A DNA stretch of 63,126 bases, the filler included, from Octopus bimaculoides (Eukaryota), in the NCBI RefSeq assembly GCF_001194135.2. It is 9 parts of 8 records of this genome, joined end to end, with 100 filler letters (N's around TTAATTAATTAA, not from the genome) between each part and the next. Parts side by side here need not be neighbours in the genome. Positions count along the whole stretch, not along the records: positions 55,981 to 58,306 come from NC_068988.1; positions 58,407 to 61,780 come from NC_068988.1; positions 61,881 to 63,126 come from NW_026397807.1; 6 more parts are not named here. One strand, written 5' to 3'. The position numbers and the translations under genes were made by a program. Position 1 is the stretch's first letter, and every line of letters starts with the position of its first letter. The notes under the pieces are model-generated. The model saw nothing but the letters and a program-made list of their open reading frames with translations, ran no database searches and had not been told where the DNA came from. This document shows, in pieces, positions 55,981 to 63,126 of this stretch.

Positions 55981-56205
55981 TGGGATGAGAGGAAAGGAGC
56001 GAAGGGTGGGTGTGCACATGATGAGTGAGGCAGCAGAAAGATCCTCTTACTGGTTGGTCATGGAGCAACAGAGAGGAGTGAAGGCAGGAAGGAGTTGAGG
56101 AGCAGGGATTTGGCCGCCACGTCTGCTGACCCCCCGATGGGGGAGGGTGTTACGGTTCAGGGTCGAAACACCTGATGATTGTTGGCTGCCACCTGACGAC
56201 ATCAG
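55981..56205 (+). mobile_element. HERO-like RLE 3' fragment (second subfamily)
   Basis: GMRGKERRVGVHMMSEAAERSSYWL, then a 3' UTR containing gggtcgaaacacc..ccacctgacgacatc. Confidence 0.72.
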
Positions 56206-56225
56206 TTCCTCTTGTCCAAAGCTCC

Positions 56226-56328
56226 ATTCGACCTCGGCGGAATTTGAACCCAGATCGTAAAGAAGCTGAAGAAACGCCGTGCAGCATTTCGTCCATCGTG
56301 CTAACGGTTCTGCCAGCTCGCTGCCCTT
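56226..56328 (-). mobile_element. SINE family A head fragment
   Basis: cgacctcggcggaatttgaac..gctaacggttctgccagctcgctgcc. Confidence 0.75.
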
Positions 56329-56384
56329 ACTGTTAGAATGTTTTTGCTTGGAGTCGTTCTTCCCCATTCTGAAAGATTATAAAT

Positions 56385-56670
56385 GGTAATTAGAACGAGC
56401 TTACAGCATGCTAGACATAGCAGGAGCCTTTTGGCAGAAGGCTATCAAGTTGACTGTAGAAGTAGCGGAGGGGTTGTCTCGAGGTAGCTGTGGATTAGAA
56501 AGTGCGTGACTTAGAGGGGTGGTGCTACCTAGGGTGTTGATAACTGGGTATGTTGGGGGCTTGGTTATTATGGCCGAGTCACCCGAGTAAGGATGTCTGT
56601 TGTTGAAAGACCCGAAACACCTAATGACCTCAGGAAATAACGCTGACGATGTGTCCAGCTGCATCACAGG
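56385..56670 (+). mobile_element. HERO-like RLE 3' fragment
   Basis: LERAYSMLDIAGAFWQKAIKLTVEVAE..SR*LWIRK; 3' UTR gaaagacccgaaacacctaatgacctcagg..ctgacgatgtgtcc..gcatcacagg. Confidence 0.8.
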
Positions 56671-56713
56671 ATGTGGTAGGAAACAAAAACTGACTTATAT
56701 TGCATTGCTATGT

Positions 56714-56785
<72 letters not shown>

Positions 56786-56798
56786 TTGCGTGTGTATG

Positions 56799-56853
<55 letters not shown>

Positions 56854-57197
56854 GTCTGTCTGTCTGTCTGTCTGTCCAAATGCATTTGTATGTATATACA
56901 GCTGGTTGGCTGGTTGGCTGGTTGGCTGGTTAAGTGGAGGGATGGCGCAGTCCCGGAACTTGACACAGCTGGAACTCGATCCAACAGAGCGATAAGCGTT
57001 ATTTACTCCACGGTGTAACTGCACGAACGAACACTTTTCTACCGTTAGCTTTTTAGAGTGGCCACAGCTGTATTTTGACAAGTTATACCAATATGGGGGC
57101 ACTGAACGACTATGGCGATCCAAATATGACCACCATTCCATTATACGTGCTTAATGTTATTACTGATTCACTGACGGACAATATTCATTGACCTCTT

Positions 57198-57412
57198 AAG
57201 GCGGCGAGTTGGCAGAAACGTTAGCACGCCGGGCGAAATGCTTAGCGGTATTTCGTCTGTCTTTATGTTCTGAGTTCAAATTCTGCCGAGGTCGACTTTG
57301 CCTTTCATCCTTTCGGCGTCGATAAATTAAGTACCAGTTGCTTACTGGAGTCGATCTAATCGACTGGCCTCCTCCCACAAAATTTCGGGCCTTGTGCCTA
57401 GAGTAGAAAAGG
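57198..57412 (+). mobile_element. Full-length SINE family A copy with 17-bp TSD
   Basis: TSD atattcattgacctctt (57181-57197) and atatttattgacctctt (57413-57429); tail ggccttgtgcctagagtagaaaagg. Confidence 0.95.
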
Positions 57413-58386
57413 ATATTTATTGACCTCTTCTTACTTTTGTAGACTTTCTGGGAAATAAATTCTTGGTGTGTTTGAAGAATATTTACAACCTATGCCTTTG
57501 TATGTGTGTGTGTGTGTGTGTGTGTAAATGTATGTATAAATATGTGTGTGTGTATATTTTTTAAGTATAATTTTTAAGTGTGAAACTCGAAGTAGATAAA
57601 GCTATAAATGATAGTGTGTGGGGTCAAAACCCCCTTTGGGTAGGAAAAATCGAAGGCTGCTCGTGGGTGGCGTTCTACTATTCGACAAAACAATCCTTCG
57701 AATTTGTCTGTTCATTGTAGAAACTTTGTTCTTGCCAGCGGGAATTATTTCACGTTCTCTCGAAGTTTCTAAATTGTTATGAGGTAAATATTGATATTAT
57801 TATATCACTTGAACGTTAACTGTGATTATGCAGGACATTGAGTCAGTGTTGTGACCTTATTTCCTCGGGTTTAGCGCTACTTCCTCGCGTTCCGTGCCAT
57901 CCTTTCCTACAACCTCCGTAAATATTCTTAAGCGTGCCATCATTTATTGTACAACACAATTGGACACTCTGCCAATTTTCTCAATAGAAACCTCGTTTAT
58001 TACGCTCTGATTAATGCGGCCACTATTTTTCGCACACTTACCTTCTCACTGCTTTCAAACAGAACAGGTTTAATTGTAATCCTTAAATCCAGTTCATGAG
58101 AATTAGGAAAGCTTTTTCAAGTGCTCTTCCATTCTCACAGATTATGTCCGTCCAGTTTATTGCTGTCATAGATCCGTATCTATTATTAAGACTGACTCGT
58201 TGATACGGGTCGGTGTTCTATTTATTAGACTGACGTGGCATTCGGTATGCGTTACAAATTGCCACTTGTTTCACCCTCTCCCTCGCTCCCTCCCTCCCTC
58301 GCTCCCNNNNNNNNNNNNNNNNNNNNNNNNNNNNNNNNNNNNNNNNNNNNTTAATTAATTAANNNNNNNNNNNNNNNNNNNNNNNN

Positions 58387-58994
58387 NNNNNNNNNNNNNN
58401 NNNNNNTCTTCTTCTTCTTCCTCCCCTTCTTCTTCTTCTTCTTCTTCTTCTTCTTCTTCATCATCTTCTTCTTCTTCTTCTTCTTCTTCTTCTTCTTCTT
58501 CTTCTTCTTCTTCTTCTCCTCCTCCTCCTCCTCCTCCTCCCTCCTCCTCCTCTTCCTTCTGTCATTTCTCCTATTTATACGATAAGTGTGTGGATTAAGG
58601 GAAATCTGGTCCTGTTTCTAAGTAGAAGTAGCGACCATGATTATGTTAATGTTCGCGATGCTGTTGCTGCTGATGGCGATGATGTTGATGATGATGATAA
58701 TGATGGGGATGTTGATGAAGAATAAGAGCAAAGTGATGAGGATAAGAAAGCTGTGTGAGGGTGGAAACGGTTATTTTCAAATGCGTAGTGACTGAGTTTG
58801 TACTGTTAATGTTAAAATTGATGATGATGTTGTTGATCATGAAGAGGAGGCGAAAGCGGAGGAAGAGGAAGAGGAAGGGGAAAATGAGAAGGGAATGATG
58901 GTATGTGGTGATAATGTTGTTGTTTGAGGTGTTGGCGACGATGCTTAGAAAGATGAGGACGATGAGGAGTGGATGACGATGATGGTGGTGGTGG

Positions 58995-59046
<52 letters not shown>

Positions 59047-59087
59047 AGTGATGATGATGGTGGTAGTAATGATGATGGTGGTGGTGG

Positions 59088-59133
<46 letters not shown>

Positions 59134-59197
59134 GAGGATGTTGATGATGATGATGATGATGGTGATGATGATGGTGATGATGATGATGAGGAGGAGG

Positions 59198-59253
<56 letters not shown>

Positions 59254-59633
59254 GATGATGATGATGATGATGAAAGGGTTGTATGGCAAGAAAAGAATGT
59301 TTTGAAGGTGATGGTGTCATGACGATGATGATGATGGTGATGACACGACATCAACGACGACGATGACGATGATGATGATGGTGCTGATGATACCTTCGCT
59401 TTGTTGTTGTTGTTGTTGTTGATGATGATGATGATGATTATGATGACAGCGATGACGACGATTTTAGTGGCCTTGGAACCGACGCCTCGGTTTACAAAGT
59501 ATTATTGTAAATCATTTCGTCGCTATAAACAGAGAGCGAAAGATGTAATCCATTCCATGATTTGTCTCGCTTCCGGTTACCATAGCAACAGCAGTTTACC
59601 AGAAACATACACAAAAACAACAACAACAACAAC

Positions 59634-59678
<45 letters not shown>

Positions 59679-59685
59679 TGTTGTT

Positions 59686-59730
<45 letters not shown>
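58387..59730 (+). repeat. Large trinucleotide low-complexity field ((TTC), (CTC), (GAT), (GGT), (ATT), (GTA))
   Basis: Directly visible; the poly-H/D/M/I ORFs here are by-products. Confidence 0.95.
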
Positions 59731-61409
59731 AAACAGAAAGAATACATGATGGCAGAATGTTGTGTAAATATTTACTTAAGCAGTCGAAAGTTATTTCTCC
59801 CTTCTTTCTTCTTCCTCAATGACGAAGTCACAAATTTAACGGGTTAGGGGTGTTTATCAAAATGGAGATCTGAAGGGCAGTGACCGTCCCTTACCAATGA
59901 ACAAGTGAATGTGTGAGACTTGATAGTATCTCAAGAGAACACCTTATTGATTTCTTTTGAGTAGAAAACAAAGAGAACACATTTATTTTTCAGTAGGGAG
60001 GGTGGAAGTTTATTGAATAAAGGGATAGACAGATACGATCGGAGTATAGATTCTAGCCGTAATTTGGCTTGGAGACGTCTTTTCTTTCGACTAAAGAACA
60101 AAGTAATTTTTAAGGTTCTTTGGAGAGTTAGTGAGAGGATTAAAGATAACCGAATATATTACTAATTCTTATTTTGACTACCAGACAGGATGTCTTTTGA
60201 TTAGAGAACAGTGTTATTTTGTTTTAGGGGATATTTTGGTGGTAGTTGTGAGGGAACGGAGCAGGCTCTAGGTTTGCTGACGCCCCGAGCAAGTAAATGT
60301 TAACGTACTTACAAAGTTTTTTTCCCAAGGAGGGGGAAAAAAACTGCAAATGTCGGAATTATGTTTTTATTACAATATACAAGATAAAGAGAACCATTTA
60401 AATACAGTATCAATGTTTCTAATCTTTTTATTAATATAACTAGAAGAGAGTGAGAGAGAGAGGCGGGTAGAGAGGGGAGAAAGAGGGAAGAGAGAGAGAG
60501 AGAGATACATAAAGACAAATATATAAATAGATAGATAAAGAGAGAGAGGGCAAAGAGAGAAATACATAAAGGTAGAGACAAATATATAGTGATAAAAAGA
60601 GAAAGAAAGAGAGAGATAGAGGGGGGAGAAAGAGAAGGGGTGGGGCTGTACTGACCTTATTGGCGAGGGTCTTCAGACGCATTTTTCTTACAAACAAACA
60701 CGGATTCACATAGTTAAATGGATTGGCGGCTGAAAGAAAGTCCTAAGGCCGCTGATGAGCTGTAGATGTAAAGAATTTTCTCACAATAAATTAAAGAATA
60801 TGAACAAAAGAACAGACGCTGAAAGAACTCTTTATTATAATATTTGTGATTTCTCTCGACTTTAGACAGGCAAATGTTTACAGAGAAATTTCTATATCAA
60901 TCAGTTTTAGTCTATCATGTTCTATTGAGAAAATTGCTAAAGATTTGCTTTGTGCCATGAACGATGGTACATATGCATTTATAAGCTTTAAGTTACTAAG
61001 GCTGCTCTCTTCCAGGTATCGCATACTGCAAAACACTGATTTGGTCTGACATTCTGTGACTTATTACTATTGATCAAATTAAGGACATTTATTCTGCGAC
61101 TTATTACTATTCATCAAACTAAGGGCGTTTATCTTAAGCTTTTCATCTAGGAAACAACTATTTTATCAAATCTAATTCAAGCACAAGATCGCAACATTTT
61201 AAAGTAAAATTCACTTCAAACAAGGGTTCTCACATTTTATTACTTTTCATTTTATTCTTTTATACGTTTCAGCCCTTAGGCTGGAGCACCGCCAACTTAT
61301 TAATTTCGCATATTCATCTTTCTATTTACCTGTATTTTTCTATTTGTCCAAGTTGCCGGTATCCTCAGCTGAACCCTGACGTGGACGGTTTGGTAAGGCT
61401 ATTAACGAG

Positions 61410-61748
61410 ATCTCGAAAAGTATCTTCTACCTTAATCTCGGGCCTTGTGAGTCTTTTTGGAAAAAGGAAACTGAAAGAAATCCGCTGTCGTATGTAAATA
61501 TATGTCCGTGTTTGTGTGTTTGTTTGTTTGTGTGTGTGTTGTGTGTGTGTGTATGTTTGTCCCTCACCACCGCCTGACAAACGGTGTTGGTTAGTTTACG
61601 ACTCCCTAACTTAGCAGTTCCGCAAAAGTGACAGATAGAATAAATGCCACGCTTCAAAAATAAGTACTAAGGTCAATTTGTTTTACTGAACCCTTCAAGG
61701 CGGTACCCTAGCATGGTCGCAGTTTAATGACAAAAACATGTAAAAGAT

Positions 61749-61749
<1 letters not shown>
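61410..61749 (+). mobile_element. Degenerate SINE family C copy
   Basis: ggccttgtgag..ggaaactgaaagaa..(TG)n..cccttcaaggcggtaccctagcatgg..taaaagata. Confidence 0.82.
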
Positions 61750-61780
<31 letters not shown>

Positions 61781-62679
61781 NNNNNNNNNNNNNNNNNNNN
61801 NNNNNNNNNNNNNNNNNNNNNNNNTTAATTAATTAANNNNNNNNNNNNNNNNNNNNNNNNNNNNNNNNNNNNNNNNNNNNTTCATTCACAGTTTACTGAA
61901 ATAGAATTTTCTGAATAAACATTTCGTTTTCCCTATCTATCCTAACGATAAAAAGCTTCTTTTTCTTTTTCCCTCTCCATCATTTCAATAAATTTGCTTT
62001 CATTACATGCAAACATTACATAGAAACTAAAAATGGCGTTGAAGGCAAACTAATTCACCTGTTGCTGCGAATCGAATTCCAGAAGAGAAAACGATGAAAA
62101 GATTAGCAATATTGATCGATTTGTATGGGACAGAGTTTTACTCATGGTGCATGTTGGGTATTTCTCTCATTTACTTTGACAAAAGAGTTTGCTAAAAAAA
62201 AGTTTGCAAAAACAAAAACAAAAAATGGTTTGCAAAGAGCCATTATTCCCATAGCTCTGTACTTTTCTCAGTGTTTAGCTGCTTCTGATAAATTCGATAA
62301 TTCTCGAGTGGATGTTATCCCCATTATGTTAGCTGAATTTTTCACCAGCTATTATACTTCCAATATTATCTCATATATCTTAAATATGATAACGCACGTT
62401 AAAATAATTATACATAGGCAGGCACATTTACGCTTACCCACATGCACATGTGCACATACATACNNNNNNNNNNNNNNNNNNNNNNNNNNNNNNNNNNNNN
62501 NNNNNNNNNNNNNNNNNNNNNNNNNNNNNNNNNNNNNNNNNNNNNNNNCACACATTTATGCAACTGGAACCTAAGTCAAGACTTCCGTGTGGATTACCGT
62601 AGTGTCTACATTCATATATGAAACATGTTTTGGTTTCATGAGGGTGATTCTTAGATGTCGAATCTTACGTAGAATGATA

Positions 62680-63126
62680 AGTAGTATCGTGCCTGGGAGA
62701 GGGTGTCGCTGGAGGTGACGTTAAGCAGGTTGTTGATATACATTTGCTGTAACTTCCTTTTCAATGTGGATTTGACCCATCCTGATATACTCGATTTCCA
62801 TATTACATACGATTCTTTTTATCAGCGGTAATCTTGCGAACCGAGCCATAGAGCATAGTAGAGTCTCTAGAATGTGGGTTCAAAGAGCTCATCAGTATAG
62901 GCTGCGAAAGTGTGATCTAATAGAAAGTGGACGATCCAAGAGAGAGATGGAATCCATAGATTGGTTGTTTTCGTAAAGATGTTCGTGCAAGATGCGATTA
63001 AATGCTTTACTAATGACAAGGGCAACAACACTTTTCACAGAATTTATCCACGGTGAAACTAAGTTTCAAGTAGATTGGAAAATAGGTCTCAAGTAGGACT
63101 TCTTTTACGATAACCATGCTGTTGGT
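62680..63126 (-). mobile_element. Degenerate CR1/L2/Jockey-type LINE reverse transcriptase relic, running off the window
   Basis: Frameshifted QQHGYRKRSPT, SVVALVISKAFNRILHEHL, SWIVHFLLD and MYINNLLNVTS match QHGFR..RST, VALDISKAFDRVWH, WI.SFLS and YINDL. Confidence 0.68.

Noticed and set aside
58646-59847. Poly-His/Asp/Met/Ile/Val ORFs
   Set aside because: Translations of trinucleotide microsatellites; no domain or splice context.
61050-61133. Short tandem duplications (also ~13916-13966 and ~29790-29850)
   Set aside because: Ordinary slippage-type duplications with no further structure.

Overview
AT-rich, gap-ridden, repeat-dense eukaryotic DNA. The SINE and microsatellite landscape is what I recall for Octopus (inference, probably O. 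bimaculoides). The only host-gene signal I can support is a 21-nt first coding exon, ATG CAA CCA CCT CCC CGC AAA|gtaagt (MQPPPRK, 24754-24774). It matches the N-terminus of FCHSD2/Nervous wreck and is preceded by NRF1-like and YY1-like promoter words. I found no exon 2, so the remaining ~38 kb is probably intron 1, across several unsized scaffold joins. The rest is a layered transposon graveyard: an internally deleted Helitron, a Helentron/DINE-like element, two Dong/R4 retrotransposon fragments (one fused to a (TAA)n tract), three HERO-like RLE 3' fragments, a CR1/L2-type RT relic, hAT, pogo and mariner MITEs with intact TSDs, four SINE-like families, several long hairpins and local duplications. 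Assembly artefacts are present (TTAATTAATTAA linkers, an Illumina adapter). I found no clearly new multi-gene system. The best leads are the nwk first exon and promoter, and the dsRNA-forming structures in its putative intron.
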